Shown here in pieces: positions 17,822-28,553 of a stretch of DNA of 64,000 bases; the first letter of the stretch is position 1; the number at the start of each line of letters is the position of its first letter. Where the stretch lies: contig CAZCAI010000002.1 of assembly GCA_964496595.1 (NCBI GenBank), forward strand, positions 3,782 through 67,781, given 5' to 3'. Origin of the DNA: an uncultured Anaerolineales bacterium. GTDB lineage: Bacteria; Chloroflexota; Anaerolineae; B4-G1; SLSP01. Made by a program: the position numbers and the translations under genes. A model generated the notes under the pieces. It did no database searches. It had not been told where the DNA came from and saw nothing but the letters and a program-made list of their open reading frames with translations.

Positions 17822-17841
17822 GCTGGATCTAGCGATCCAGC
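17822..17841. repeat. REP-like palindrome GCTGGAT-CTAGCG-ATCCAGC
   Basis: Perfect 7-bp stem; related palindromes at 9727-9744, 47241-47257, 47266-47285. Confidence 0.5.
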
Positions 17842-17867
17842 TAAAGCAGGCAACAGGAGCAAAGCTT

Positions 17868-18887
17868 ATGGCGATCCGAATTTTAGGCATCGAGACCTCA
17901 TGTGATGAGACGGCGGCGGCGGTGGTGGAGGATGGACGACACATCCTCTCCAACGTTATCGCCTCTCAGGTGGAGCTACACGCCGAGTACGGCGGCGTGT
18001 ACCCGGAGATGGCCTCCCGCGAGCACATCAAGGCCATCATTCCGGTGACCGAGCAGGCGCTGGAGGAGGCCCACGTCGGCTGGGGCGATCTCACCGCCAT
18101 CGCCGTCACCTACGGGCCGGGGTTGCCCGGATCTCTGCTGGTGGGTCTGAACTTCGCGAAGGGCGCGGCGCTGGGACATGATCTACCGCTGATCCCCGTC
18201 AATCACCTGGAGGGCCATCTTTACGCGCATTGGCTGTACACCGAGGCAGACGGCGGATCGAACGCGGTGTTGGAGTTCCCCCTGCTCGTCCTCATCGTCT
18301 CCGGCGGGCACACGGAGCTGGTAATCGCGCACGATCACGGCGCCTATGAGCGCCTGGGCGGGACGTTGGATGACGCGGCGGGCGAGGCCTTCGACAAAGT
18401 CGCGCGCATGTTGGATCTGGGCTATCCCGGCGGGCCGGCCATCGAGAAGGCCGCGAAGGAAGGCCAGGCCTATGCCTTCGATCTCCCGCGCGCGTGGCTG
18501 CCCGGCACCTACGATTTCAGCTTCAGCGGGTTGAAGACGGCGGTGCTGCGCCAACTCCGCCCCTATAGCGGCCCGCGTCCGCCGCGCCTGATCGCCGATA
18601 TGGCCGCCGCGTTTCAGGCCTCGGTGGTCGAGGTGCTGGCCGAGAAAACGGCGCAGGCCGCCGCGGAGTTTGACGTCACCGCCGTGCTGCTCTCCGGCGG
18701 CGTCTCCGCGAATCAAGCGCTGCGCCGGGCCGTGCGCGAGCGCGTCGCTCTGCCCGTCCACGCCCTGCCGCTGGTGCTCTGCACCGATAACGGCGCGATG
18801 ATCGCCGCCGCCGGGACCTACCATTATCCAGCCCAAGCATACACTGCCTGGGATTTGGACATCGAGCCGGGGTTGGCGTTGGTATAG
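17868..18887 (+). CDS. tsaD: tRNA N6-threonylcarbamoyladenosine transferase TsaD
   Basis: ILGIETSCDETAAA, GPGLPGSL, VNHLEGH, VSGGHT, DDAAGEAFDK, CTDNGAMIA. Confidence 0.97.
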   Translation: MAIRILGIETSCDETAAAVVEDGRHILSNVIASQVELHAEYGGVYPEMASREHIKAIIPVTEQALEEAHVGWGDLTAIAVTYGPGLPGSLLVGLNFAKGAALGHDLPLIPVNHLEGHLYAHWLYTEADGGSNAVLEFPLLVLIVSGGHTELVIAHDHGAYERLGGTLDDAAGEAFDKVARMLDLGYPGGPAIEKAAKEGQAYAFDLPRAWLPGTYDFSFSGLKTAVLRQLRPYSGPRPPRLIADMAAAFQASVVEVLAEKTAQAAAEFDVTAVLLSGGVSANQALRRAVRERVALPVHALPLVLCTDNGAMIAAAGTYHYPAQAYTAWDLDIEPGLALV

Positions 18888-18939
18888 GGGGAGGGAGTAG
18901 GCAGTAGGAGGAGCGAGAAGCTTTCTCAAGGTAAAATCA

Positions 18940-18967
18940 AAGAATGAAGAATGAAGAATGAAGAATA
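18940..18967. repeat. Heptamer tandem repeat (AAGAATG)3 plus one degenerate unit
   Basis: Direct reading of the tsaD-folC spacer. Confidence 0.7.
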
Positions 18968-19001
18968 AAAAAATGAGAAAAGAATGGAAAAGGATAAAGC
19001 A

Positions 19002-20396
19002 ATGAAGATGACTTATCATGACACACTTCGCTATCTCTACGGGTTGGTGGATTACGAGAAGCGCCGCATCGAGCGCTATTCCCCCCGCGAGTTCAAGCTC
19101 GACCGCGTTGAAGAACTGCTGGAAAAGCTGGGGGACCCGCACAATCAGTATCCGACGTTACACATCGCCGGCACTAAGGGGAAAGGGTCCGTCTCCGCGA
19201 TGCTGTCCGCGGTGGCGCAGGCCGGCGGCCTGCGGGTGGGATTGTACACCTCGCCGCATCTCCACACCTATCGCGAGCGCATCCTGATCAACCAGATCCC
19301 TATCTCGCGCGCCGAGATGACAGCGCTGGTCAACGAGATCCAGCCCGTGGTGGAGAGCGATCCCAAGCTGACGACCTTCGAGGTCACCACTGCCCTAGGC
19401 TTTTTATACTTTGCGCGCCAGGAGGTCGATCTCGCGGTGATGGAAGTGGGCCTGGGCGGGCGCCTGGACGCCACCAATGTCATCACGCCAGAGATCAGCA
19501 TTATCACCTCGCTCAGTTTGGATCACACCGAACTGCTGGGCGACACGATTGGCGAGATTGCGCGCGAGAAGGGCGGGATCATTAAGCCGCGCGTGCCGGT
19601 CATCACGGCGCCCCAACCGCCGGAGGCCATCGCCGAGTTGACGGCCATCGCCGAAGCGCACGAAGCGCCGCTGACGCAGGTCGGACGCGATTGGGTGTGG
19701 GAGCCGGGTGAACGCCATTTCAGCGGGCAGACGATCACCGTACATCGCACAGGCTCACCCTCGGCGTTCGATGGCACCTACGACGTGGCGATGTTGGGGG
19801 ATTTCCAACAGGAGAATGCATGTGTGGCCATCGCCGCGACGGCGAACTTACACCAGACCGGGCACGAGTGGGCGACGCCGGCGGCGCTACGCGCCGGGCT
19901 GGCGGAGGTCACTTGGCCCGGGCGACTCGAGGTGCTCCATCGGGAGCCGCGTCTGGTCGTCGATTGCGCCCACAACCCCTACTCGGCGGAGAAGCTGGCC
20001 GAGTCGTTGCGCACGTGGTTCCCGGACACCAAATGGGTATTGATCTACGGCGCCTCTAGCGACAAGGACATCGCAGGAATGCTCGACGCACTGATCCCGC
20101 TCAGTGCGCATATCATCGTCACGCGCTCCTACCATCCGCGCGCAGCGACGCCCGCCAAATTGGCCGATCTGTGCGCCGATCTAGGGCAGGGGGCAGAGAT
20201 TGCCATCAATCCGCGCCGCGCGTTAGAGCAAGCGGGGCGGCATCTCCGGCCGAATTGGGGGATTCTTGCCACCGGGTCCATCTTCGTGGTGGCCGATGTG
20301 CGGGAAGCGTGGAGCAAACGCGCCAATCTCCGGCTCCCGCTAGGCGATTGGGTCGATGAGCCGTGGAACGCGGAGGAACACGGAGGCGACGGTTAA
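19002..20396 (+). CDS. folC: Bifunctional folylpolyglutamate synthase/dihydrofolate synthase
   Basis: HIAGTKGKGS, YTSPHL, EVGLGGRLDATN, IAREKGGIIK, WPGRLE, DCAHNP; start may be 18984, 19002 or 19008. Confidence 0.93.
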   Translation: MKMTYHDTLRYLYGLVDYEKRRIERYSPREFKLDRVEELLEKLGDPHNQYPTLHIAGTKGKGSVSAMLSAVAQAGGLRVGLYTSPHLHTYRERILINQIPISRAEMTALVNEIQPVVESDPKLTTFEVTTALGFLYFARQEVDLAVMEVGLGGRLDATNVITPEISIITSLSLDHTELLGDTIGEIAREKGGIIKPRVPVITAPQPPEAIAELTAIAEAHEAPLTQVGRDWVWEPGERHFSGQTITVHRTGSPSAFDGTYDVAMLGDFQQENACVAIAATANLHQTGHEWATPAALRAGLAEVTWPGRLEVLHREPRLVVDCAHNPYSAEKLAESLRTWFPDTKWVLIYGASSDKDIAGMLDALIPLSAHIIVTRSYHPRAATPAKLADLCADLGQGAEIAINPRRALEQAGRHLRPNWGILATGSIFVVADVREAWSKRANLRLPLGDWVDEPWNAEEHGGDG

Positions 20397-20406
20397 AAAG
20401 CAGCCG

Positions 20407-22314
20407 CTAGAAAAATCGCCACGCGCCCAGGAGGTTCCAATACTCCAGCCATCCCAGGAAGATCAACGCGGCTAAGGTGACGAGGGTGTAGTGCAAGCGC
20501 TCGCTCACACTCCAGTAGCGATCCCGCCATGCGATGAGGGTGAAAATAACAGCGCCGACCAACGGCAGAATCAGCGCCATCATCACAAACGGCGCTAAAA
20601 TCTCCAGGCTGGGCGCGCGCCGCACCAAAATCGTGAGCGCGATGATCAACATTGCGACGGGATAGAGAAGATTGGCCGCGCAGAGCACTTTGAGAATCCG
20701 CCGCCCTTCCGCGCTGAGCATCCCCTGACGTGCATCTCCGCGCTGAGAGCGCCATGTGAACAGCGTGAGGAGAAAGAGCGCCAGACATACGCCCGCCACG
20801 CTGATGTGCACGGTGGGGTAGCGATACCACGGCAATTTAATGAGCGCCTCGTGCGGATCGAAGTCATAGAAAGCGCGCGTCACCTCGCCCTCGTCGTCGT
20901 GCTGGAAAGCGATATGGCCCTCACCGCTCACGCCCTGGAAAAACGAGGGCGACACTTCCACGTAGGACGCTCCCAACAATGTGATGCTGCCGTCGGATTG
21001 CGCATCGATGCTGTGCGTGCGGGCAAAGGCGTAAAGAAGTTTATCCACGGTGGTGTGCGCCCAGCGACTCTCGCGATAGACGCCGGTGAAAAGGTCGACA
21101 CGCTCTTCGTGGTTGGACATCGGTTGCGGCGGCGCGGATTCCGCCGGATAATACCGATCCAAGAAATCCTGGCGCAGCTCACGCCCCGCCTCGGATTCGC
21201 TCTTTTTGTTGTAGATCACGAACAGACCTACGTCGTGCTCCGGCAGGAGGAAGAGCATGCTCTGGAAAAGCGAGGTGCTGCCGCCGTGCCAGAGCATCCG
21301 CTGGCCGTTGCGATCCCACTCGACGAAGCCGTAGGTCACGCCGGTCAGACGGGGATCGTGTGTGAATTGCTGGCGCTGCATCATCCGCGCCGTCTCCGGC
21401 TGGAGGATGCGCGCGCCCTCAAATTCGCCCGCGTGCAGATGCGTAATCATAAAGTTGGCCATGTCCGTGACCGTGGCGCTCATCCCCACCAGTGGCGCGC
21501 TGGGGAAATACTCTCGGATAGGGACGACATCATCCAGGATGCGCAGATGGCCCAGCGCCTCGTCATCGGCCAAAGAGGCAGGCAGCGGGTGCCGGATGGA
21601 GGCGTATTCCATTTGGAGCGGCTCTAAGATGTGCGTCTCGATGTACTGCTCGTAGGACATCCCAGATGTCTCCTGAATGATATAGCCGGCCAGGGCGGCG
21701 CCATAATTGGAGTAGGCGATGATCTTACCGGGAGGGTAAGCGCGCGCCGGGAGTTGCTCGTGAATGTACTGCGGCAGGGGCACGGCGTCATAACGGCTGA
21801 TGCGATAGAGGTTGCCGATGCGATCCTCAAAGCCGGGAGTGTGGGTGAGCAGATGGTGCAACGTGACCGGCTCTGGATAGGTATTGGGGATTTGAAAATC
21901 GGTATCGGCGAGGTAGGTGTTGACGTCCGTGTGAAGCTCCAAGATGCCCTCTTCGACTAATTGCATCACCGCCGTCCAGGTGAAGAGTTTGGTGATTGAG
22001 CCGATATGGAAGAGCGTCTCGTCGGCGACGACCGGATGCTGACTGCGCGTGTCGGCGATGCCGTAGCCCTGGGCGAAGAAGAGCCGGCCATCCTTCACCA
22101 CCGCAATCGCCGCGCCGGGGATCTCATAGCGCGCCATCTGCGCGGGCAAATAGGCATCGAAGAACGTCGCCATCTCCTCCGGGTCTTGGGGGCCTGGAAC
22201 AACGATGTCATCCTCCAGCCCTTCCTGCGCTCTCACCAGCCCGGCGCCGCCAGGGGCAAACAGAACCGCCAGACCGATGATCATTCGTATCCAAGGATAG
22301 TTTCTCATACTCAT
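20407..22314 (-). CDS. Serine hydrolase (class C beta-lactamase/PBP fold) with signal peptide and C-terminal TM helices
   Basis: SxxK (GSITK), YSN, LWHGG; signal peptide ending AQE; four C-terminal hydrophobic helices; start 22314 or 22308. Confidence 0.85.
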   Translation of the reverse strand: MSMRNYPWIRMIIGLAVLFAPGGAGLVRAQEGLEDDIVVPGPQDPEEMATFFDAYLPAQMARYEIPGAAIAVVKDGRLFFAQGYGIADTRSQHPVVADETLFHIGSITKLFTWTAVMQLVEEGILELHTDVNTYLADTDFQIPNTYPEPVTLHHLLTHTPGFEDRIGNLYRISRYDAVPLPQYIHEQLPARAYPPGKIIAYSNYGAALAGYIIQETSGMSYEQYIETHILEPLQMEYASIRHPLPASLADDEALGHLRILDDVVPIREYFPSAPLVGMSATVTDMANFMITHLHAGEFEGARILQPETARMMQRQQFTHDPRLTGVTYGFVEWDRNGQRMLWHGGSTSLFQSMLFLLPEHDVGLFVIYNKKSESEAGRELRQDFLDRYYPAESAPPQPMSNHEERVDLFTGVYRESRWAHTTVDKLLYAFARTHSIDAQSDGSITLLGASYVEVSPSFFQGVSGEGHIAFQHDDEGEVTRAFYDFDPHEALIKLPWYRYPTVHISVAGVCLALFLLTLFTWRSQRGDARQGMLSAEGRRILKVLCAANLLYPVAMLIIALTILVRRAPSLEILAPFVMMALILPLVGAVIFTLIAWRDRYWSVSERLHYTLVTLAALIFLGWLEYWNLLGAWRFF

Positions 22315-22400
22315 ATTGTAGCAGTTCAATCGTATGCGTAAAACTTCAAGCTCTTATGGATGAGGCGTCCGAGCAAGTTCGCGGCGTCTTTTAAAACACG

Positions 22401-22426
22401 CCAGGGGCACGCTGGCGTGCCCCTGG
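22401..22426. terminator. 12-bp GC-rich hairpin downstream of hpf
   Basis: CCAGGGGCACGC-TG-GCGTGCCCCTGG. Confidence 0.45.
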
Positions 22427-22456
22427 TTCCTTTTCCCAATCTATCTGACAGAACGA

Positions 22457-23005
22457 TCAATATCGCGGTTTCAGCAACCCGTAGTCGCCGGTCTTGCGCT
22501 TGTAGACGACGCTCAGCCGGCCGTCAGTGCCATCCAAGAAGACGTAGAAGTGATGTCCAAGCAGTTCCATTTGCTCCACGGCATCCTCTGGGGGAATGGC
22601 GCTGACTTCAAATTCCTTGATGCGCACGATGTCCGATTCTTCTTCGTGCAGTTCTTCTTCTTCCGTCAGGACATCCTGCAACACTTCCGTTGTCGCCCGG
22701 CGCGCCTGCTGGCGGCGCCCTTTATAGCGCTCAATACGACGATACATCTTATCCATAACTGAGTCGACAGCACTGAAGATATCTCCCGCGTGCTCCTCAG
22801 CCCGTAGAATCGCCCGCGGCACATAGACTGTAATCTGAGCGACCATCCGTTGCGAACTATCGCGGGCATTGCTCTCCGAGAGATCCACCCGGACGCTATC
22901 CAATTGGGGAAGATAGCGCTCGAATTTGGAGACCTTGGACTCCACATAATCCCGTAGGCGCTCGTTCAACTCCAAATCCCGAGTGTAAATTTGTAACGAC
23001 TCCAT
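22457..23005 (-). CDS. hpf: Long-form ribosome hibernation promoting factor (HPF/RaiA)
   Basis: LRDYVESKVSKFERY, AVDSVMDKMYRRIERYK, DAVEQMELLGHHFYVF, VVYKRKTGDYGLL; AGGAGG RBS before ATG 23005. Confidence 0.93.
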   Translation of the reverse strand: MESLQIYTRDLELNERLRDYVESKVSKFERYLPQLDSVRVDLSESNARDSSQRMVAQITVYVPRAILRAEEHAGDIFSAVDSVMDKMYRRIERYKGRRQQARRATTEVLQDVLTEEEELHEEESDIVRIKEFEVSAIPPEDAVEQMELLGHHFYVFLDGTDGRLSVVYKRKTGDYGLLKPRY

Positions 23006-23033
23006 AGATCTACCTCCTTGAAAGTATGTTAGA

Positions 23034-23747
23034 TTATGGCGCACGCGCCAAAGTAAACGCACTGACACGTTCTGCCCCATGAGCCAATAGTACATCCGCG
23101 CAAGCCTCTAAGGTTGAGCCGGTTGTGGCGACATCGTCCACTAAGGTAAGCTTGATGCCATGCAATGGGACATCCGCCGTGTAGGTAAATGCCCCGCTCA
23201 CATTTTTACGTCGTTGCTCGCGATCCAGCTTCGTCTGGGAGATGGTGGCCCGAGATCTCCTCAGCAACCGACTGGCCACCGGCACATCCAACGCCTTCCC
23301 TAAAGCCCGCGCCAACAGATCAGCCTGATTATACCCGCGTTTTGCCTCACGGCGAGGATACAATGGCACGGGTACCAATAGATCGCTGTCCAATTTGGCG
23401 CGCTGCCACGCTGCTACCATCTGGGATGTTAAAGGTCGAATCACTTGATGGCCGCCGCCGCGATATTTCAAGGCGTGCAGCACGTCGCGGATCTCGTCCT
23501 GAAAGAGAAAAGCAGAGCGAATGGGGGCTACTTGGAGTGGCGCTTCGCGGCAGATGGAGCATAGACCTTCGCCCTCCCATGGCCGGCCACAACGTGGGCA
23601 TTGGGGCGCCACCCACAGAGGGATTTGCTGGGCGCATGGGACACAAAGCCAAAGACCCACTTTCCCACACCCCACACATTGAGGCGGCAGGACGAGATCA
23701 ATCCCCCATCGATAGGCGCGCCAAGCCCACTTTAACAGATGTTCCAC
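23034..23747 (-). CDS. comF: ComF family protein (double zinc ribbon + phosphoribosyltransferase)
   Basis: CVGC, CVPC, CPRC, CSIC; VPVPL...RGYNQA; LVDDVATTGSTL. Confidence 0.92.
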   Translation of the reverse strand: MEHLLKWAWRAYRWGIDLVLPPQCVGCGKVGLWLCVPCAQQIPLWVAPQCPRCGRPWEGEGLCSICREAPLQVAPIRSAFLFQDEIRDVLHALKYRGGGHQVIRPLTSQMVAAWQRAKLDSDLLVPVPLYPRREAKRGYNQADLLARALGKALDVPVASRLLRRSRATISQTKLDREQRRKNVSGAFTYTADVPLHGIKLTLVDDVATTGSTLEACADVLLAHGAERVSAFTLARAP

Positions 23748-23763
23748 AGCCGCGCCTGGAGAT

Positions 23764-24684
23764 TTAACTACTATCCATGTTCTTGAATTTGATGACCGCT
23801 GGCCCCATCAACACGATGAAGAGGGGCGGAAAGACCAAGAATACCAGCGGGATCATCATCTTAACAGGGGCCTGATTAGCTTTCTCCTCCGCGCGCTGGC
23901 GACGCTTCATCCGCATCGTATCCGACTGGATGCGCATCACCTTGGCCATGCTGACGCCCAATTGATCCGCCTGGACAATCGCGGCTACGAAGGTGGTGAC
24001 ATCCGACACATCCATACTCATCGCCATATCTCGCAGGGCTTCACGCCGCGTCTTACCCAACTGCATCTCTTGAACTGTCCGCTTAAATGCCAAACTTAAC
24101 TCATTATCCCACTTTTCGGCAACCTTCGACATCGCCGCGTCGAAACCCAGACCGGCCTCCACGCAAATGGTTAAGAGATCCAAGGCATCGGGTAAGGCTT
24201 TGATGACCTCGCCTTGGCGCTGAGATATTTTGGATCCTAGCCAGATGTTGGGGAGATAGTAGCCGAAGATAAGGCCAAAGACCACCGCGCCAAATTTCTG
24301 CCAAGCTGGTAGGGCCATAGACAGCACGAGGACAATCGCTACTGCGCCTAACCCCAGCGCTGCGGCTAATCGATAACCAGAGAACTGCACCGCCGAGACT
24401 TGATGAGCCATACCGGCTAATTCAAGCTGATGCCGGGACTCTTCCATCACCTGATCGGGGGTAAAGCGCTGGGACATCTCGCTGAGACGTTCGATCATCG
24501 GCACAATGACCCGTTCGGAAAAGGGTTGAGAAAGCTCTAGTTGCTCCAATGTTACAGGTTCCCCCAGAGCCGCCAGTTCGTTGAGACGATCTTCAATACT
24601 TTGAGTTTCACGTGTGCCGCGTAGCACCATCACTGCAACAACGCCAATGACGATAACGACAACGCCTATCACAAACGGAAGCAT
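23764..24684 (-). CDS. tadC: Tad pilus assembly platform protein TadC (T2SSF family)
   Basis: LPDALDLLTICVEAGLGFDAA, QADQLG, AEEKANQAPVKMMIPLV. Confidence 0.92.
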   Translation of the reverse strand: MLPFVIGVVVIVIGVVAVMVLRGTRETQSIEDRLNELAALGEPVTLEQLELSQPFSERVIVPMIERLSEMSQRFTPDQVMEESRHQLELAGMAHQVSAVQFSGYRLAAALGLGAVAIVLVLSMALPAWQKFGAVVFGLIFGYYLPNIWLGSKISQRQGEVIKALPDALDLLTICVEAGLGFDAAMSKVAEKWDNELSLAFKRTVQEMQLGKTRREALRDMAMSMDVSDVTTFVAAIVQADQLGVSMAKVMRIQSDTMRMKRRQRAEEKANQAPVKMMIPLVFLVFPPLFIVLMGPAVIKFKNMDSS

Positions 24685-24693
24685 AACGCCCTC

Positions 24694-25641
24694 CTAAACC
24701 TCGATGGATACTATCTTATTCATCGCAAAGTATCCTAACCCAATCATAATCAAACTGACGGCGATCATAATCCAACCACAAGGATCCTCTATGAGCAGAC
24801 TGACGTAAGAGGGGTTAACCAGGGAGATGAATCCTGTCACGGCAAAAGGTAAGCCTGTAACCAGAATACCGGTGATGCGCCCTTGGGAGGTCATAGATTT
24901 GATCTCGCCCTTGATGCGCACACGCTCTCGAATCGTCTCGCTGATGGAATCAAGCACCTCAGCTAAGTTGCCGCCGACCTCGCGCTGGACGCTCATCGCG
25001 GTCACAATCAAGTCCATATCAGCGCTCGGTATACGACGGAGCATATTTTGCATCGCCGTATCGAAGTCAACGCCCAACTGAAGTTCTAGAACCACACGCC
25101 CAAACTCCTCAGAGATGGGCGGCGGCATCTCGTTGGCGATGCTTTCCATCGCCTGCATTGTACTATACCCGGCCCGCAGAGAGTTGACCATGAGATTCAA
25201 AGCATCGCCCAACTGCGTATTGAAATCCTTCAAACGTTTGTTGCGTTGCATACCAACGTAGAAGCGGGGAACCAAGAATCCGCCCAAGAAGCCTACGGGG
25301 ATGAGAAACGCGCGATTGATCAAGTAGAGAACTACCGAGACGCCCAGTGCTATGGTGGCGGACATTGTCAAGAACTCACCGACCGTCCATTTCAGGTTGG
25401 CTCGCGCTAATTGCGTCGCCAGATTCTGCGCAAAGCCTTGCCCCTCAACGGCCCTATCCACCGCAGCGCCGATGACCGACTCACCGTGTCCCTCTTTTTT
25501 CTTTTTCTTCTTTTTTTTCTTGTCCTCGCCGCCGATACGATCTTCGACGAGGTCTTGCCCGGCAGGGCCTTGAGAAAGCCCCACAACAAGCAAAACAACG
25601 GCCAGGACAACTACTATACCAACAACAATAAAGACTGTCAT
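24694..25641 (-). CDS. tadB: Tad pilus assembly protein TadB (T2SSF family)
   Basis: QLGDALNLMVNSLRAGYS, QREVGGNLAEVL, IRERVRIKGEI; Lys8 tract near N-terminus. Confidence 0.92.
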   Translation of the reverse strand: MTVFIVVGIVVVLAVVLLVVGLSQGPAGQDLVEDRIGGEDKKKKKKKKKEGHGESVIGAAVDRAVEGQGFAQNLATQLARANLKWTVGEFLTMSATIALGVSVVLYLINRAFLIPVGFLGGFLVPRFYVGMQRNKRLKDFNTQLGDALNLMVNSLRAGYSTMQAMESIANEMPPPISEEFGRVVLELQLGVDFDTAMQNMLRRIPSADMDLIVTAMSVQREVGGNLAEVLDSISETIRERVRIKGEIKSMTSQGRITGILVTGLPFAVTGFISLVNPSYVSLLIEDPCGWIMIAVSLIMIGLGYFAMNKIVSIEV

Positions 25642-25652
25642 GGACCCTAACC

Positions 25653-25712
25653 TCCTAACATGGTCGAGCCATCCCCAAAAGCGCCCTATCTTCTATCAAA
25701 TTCTTGTGTACA
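25653..25712 (-). repeat. Partial copy of the ~80-bp dispersed repeat, abutting the tadB RBS
   Basis: TCCTAACATGGTCGAGCCATCCCCAAAA aligns to CCCTAACGTGGTCGAGCTATCGCCAAAA at 29783. Confidence 0.55.
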
Positions 25713-25830
25713 GTACGCTCAACCTTCCCAATATTAACTAAAGTCTCAAAGAAATCAGCGTTCAAACGTGGAAGTCGTCCCTACGTGTCTATGCCCCCAC
25801 GCGCTCATCGTGATTGAGCGTTCTGCGCTG

Positions 25831-27219
25831 CTAGAAGCGTCGATTCTGGGATACGCCAAAGATGGAGGGGGGAAGACTGATACCGGCCTCTTCAATCTTG
25901 GACATAAATTTGGGCCGGATGCCCGTCGCGCGTAACGAACCGATGATCTTGCCATCTTCATAACCGCTGTGCTGGAACTTGAAGATATCCGCGGTGGTGA
26001 TCACGTCGCCCTCCATCCCTTGGATCTCGGTGATGGCGATGACGCGCCGCGAACCATCGCGGAAGCGGGATAACTGGACGATCATATCTACCGCCGAAGC
26101 AACTTGCTCTCGAATAGCCCGCTGCGGCAGTTCCATGCCGGCCATCATCACCATCGTCTCCAAACGAGCAAGGGCGTCACGAGTGTTATTCGCGTGAGCC
26201 GTCGTCATACTGCCCTCGTGCCCGGTGTTCATCGCCTGGAGCATATCGAGCGCCTCGCCGCCACGACACTCGCCCACGATGATTCGATCGGGACGCATTC
26301 GCAAGGAGTTGATCACCAAATCGCGAATGCTGACCTCGCCCTTCCCCTCAACGTTCGGGGGGCGAGATTCCAATGTAACAATGTGTTCCTGACGAAGCTG
26401 CAACTCTGCCGCGTTCTCAATCGTCACAATCCGCTCGTCAGATGGGATATAGCCGGAAAGGACGTTTAAGAAGGTCGTCTTGCCAGTCCCGGTCCCGCCC
26501 GAAACGATGGTGTTGAGCGCGGCGATAACGCAGGCCCGCATAAATTCCATGCTTTCTTCCGTCACCGACCCAAAGCGAATTAGATCCTCAACGGTCAGGG
26601 GGTCCTTAGAGAATTTTCGGATGGTAAGCACGGGGCCGACCAAGGAAATGGGGGGGATGACGGCGTTGACACGCGATCCATCTTTCAAGCGCGCGTCGAC
26701 CGTGGGGCTGCTCTCATCAATACGGCGGCCCAGCGGCGCGACGATGCGCTCGATGATGCGCATCAAATGCTCGTCAGATTCAAAGGTGATATTGACGCGC
26801 CGAATTTTACCCTTGCGCTCGACGAAGATCTTCTTCGGGCCATTGACCATGATCTCAGTGATGGAATCATCGGCCAACAAGGGTTCCAAAGGGCCAAGGC
26901 CCAAAATTTCCGCGACAATTTGCTCAAAAAGCGCGTCCCGTTCCCGTCGCCCAAGGACAACGCTTTCTTCTTGCAATATCTCATTATACATACCGCGGAT
27001 TGTCTCACGCACTTCGGCGGTCTGGGACACATCCATCGAGGGATCAAGCTCCGTGATCAATTGATTCTGCACACGGCCCTTTAAATCTCGATAGGCATCT
27101 CGCGCCCGGGGCACAGATCGCCGCTGAACTTGACCGCCTTCGCGATCAGAAGCAGCGGGGGTGGACCGCTTAGAAGATGAAGGGGTATCCTTTCTCTCGA
27201 TTCTTCGCAGGAGGGACAT
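25831..27219 (-). CDS. cpaF: Tad pilus ATPase CpaF/TadA
   Basis: [48 protein letters not shown]. Confidence 0.95.
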   Translation of the reverse strand: MSLLRRIERKDTPSSSKRSTPAASDREGGQVQRRSVPRARDAYRDLKGRVQNQLITELDPSMDVSQTAEVRETIRGMYNEILQEESVVLGRRERDALFEQIVAEILGLGPLEPLLADDSITEIMVNGPKKIFVERKGKIRRVNITFESDEHLMRIIERIVAPLGRRIDESSPTVDARLKDGSRVNAVIPPISLVGPVLTIRKFSKDPLTVEDLIRFGSVTEESMEFMRACVIAALNTIVSGGTGTGKTTFLNVLSGYIPSDERIVTIENAAELQLRQEHIVTLESRPPNVEGKGEVSIRDLVINSLRMRPDRIIVGECRGGEALDMLQAMNTGHEGSMTTAHANNTRDALARLETMVMMAGMELPQRAIREQVASAVDMIVQLSRFRDGSRRVIAITEIQGMEGDVITTADIFKFQHSGYEDGKIIGSLRATGIRPKFMSKIEEAGISLPPSIFGVSQNRRF

Positions 27220-27250
27220 TTCTACTTACCTCGCTATATAGATTCCAAAA

Positions 27251-28543
27251 CTACAATAAACGACCTAAACCAACCCGCTTTTGCGACTCTTCCTCTGCGG
27301 CGGCTTCTTCTTCCTCAGCTCTCTGAGCAAAGCGATTGTGAATTTTCTTCGCCAAACCAAGAACTGCTTGCCCGATAAGAGATCGAGCGTCTTTTAAGAC
27401 GAAAGGCTCTCCGTAATTCGCCGCTCGCAAAGCGGTTCGTTCGTCCAGCGGGAGATGGGCGATAGCCGGCATCATAGCGCGTTCGATAGCCTCCGGCTGA
27501 ATGCCCATCCGTTTATTATCCACACTATTAATGACCAAATCTACGTGCTCCATCGGATATTCGAGCTTCTGCAACAACTCGACGAACATCCGCGCCCCCC
27601 GAATCTCCGGGATGACTGGCCGGGTGAGGACTAGCAGCATATCATTGACGTCCAACGCAGCCAGGATGATATCATCGATATGGTGGGCTGTATCGATGAT
27701 GATGTAATCGAATTCCTGCTGAACGAAATTCAAAATCGCCTTCATCGCGTGATTGCCGCCGCTCTCCTCAACACCGGCCTCTTGAAACATCTCTGCTTCT
27801 TCAGGCGAGGCTGGGGCCGCCAGGACCCCCACACCGGAGGAGTGCGTGGCGATGACCGTGCGCAACAAATTGGGGTCTAAATCCTGCACATGCGGGGCCA
27901 AATCTGTCAAGGTGCGGGTAGCTTGCAGCTTCAAGAAAATCGACACATCGCCAAATTGCAAATTCGCATCGACGAGACAAATTTTTGCATCTGCACCGAG
28001 TAGCGTCTGAAGCGCGATAGCTAAATTGACAGCCACCGTTGTACATCCGGTCCCACCTTTAGGACTAAAGACAGTGAGGACTTTGGCCTGTCGCGCCGGC
28101 GTTGGTTCGGCTGCCGCCTGCCTGCCCGGCGCGCCCGCTTGGGTCAACGGCCCGGTTCCCATTTTTTGCCGCAATTTATAGGTGCGATGAATGGTATTCA
28201 ACAGATCATCGGCGCTGGGGGGTTTGGTGAGATAATCCCGCGCGCCAGCCATCATCGCTCGGCGCATATAGTCGCTTTCGCCCTGGACGGAGAGCATCAC
28301 GACCTGAACGGCCGGCATAATCTCCACAATCTTACCGGTGGCTGTGATGCCATCTATACCGGGCAGGTTGATATCCATCAACACTACATCGGGTATGGCC
28401 TTCGGCACAACGGAGACAGCTTCCTCGCCGCTGCCCACCATTGCCACAACTTCGATATCCGGATCAAATGACATAAGTTTGCGGAGTTGCTCGCGCGTCT
28501 CCGCAACATCATCGACGATCATTACACGTATTTTTTCAGGCAT
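27251..28543 (-). CDS. cpaE: CpaE/TadZ-like protein: receiver domain fused to MinD/ParA-type ATPase
   Basis: N-terminal REC (VDD, LMDINLPG, KP) then FSPKGGTGCTT and DANLQFGD. Confidence 0.85.
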   Translation of the reverse strand: MPEKIRVMIVDDVAETREQLRKLMSFDPDIEVVAMVGSGEEAVSVVPKAIPDVVLMDINLPGIDGITATGKIVEIMPAVQVVMLSVQGESDYMRRAMMAGARDYLTKPPSADDLLNTIHRTYKLRQKMGTGPLTQAGAPGRQAAAEPTPARQAKVLTVFSPKGGTGCTTVAVNLAIALQTLLGADAKICLVDANLQFGDVSIFLKLQATRTLTDLAPHVQDLDPNLLRTVIATHSSGVGVLAAPASPEEAEMFQEAGVEESGGNHAMKAILNFVQQEFDYIIIDTAHHIDDIILAALDVNDMLLVLTRPVIPEIRGARMFVELLQKLEYPMEHVDLVINSVDNKRMGIQPEAIERAMMPAIAHLPLDERTALRAANYGEPFVLKDARSLIGQAVLGLAKKIHNRFAQRAEEEEAAAEEESQKRVGLGRLL

Positions 28544-28553
28544 TAGGAAGCTC

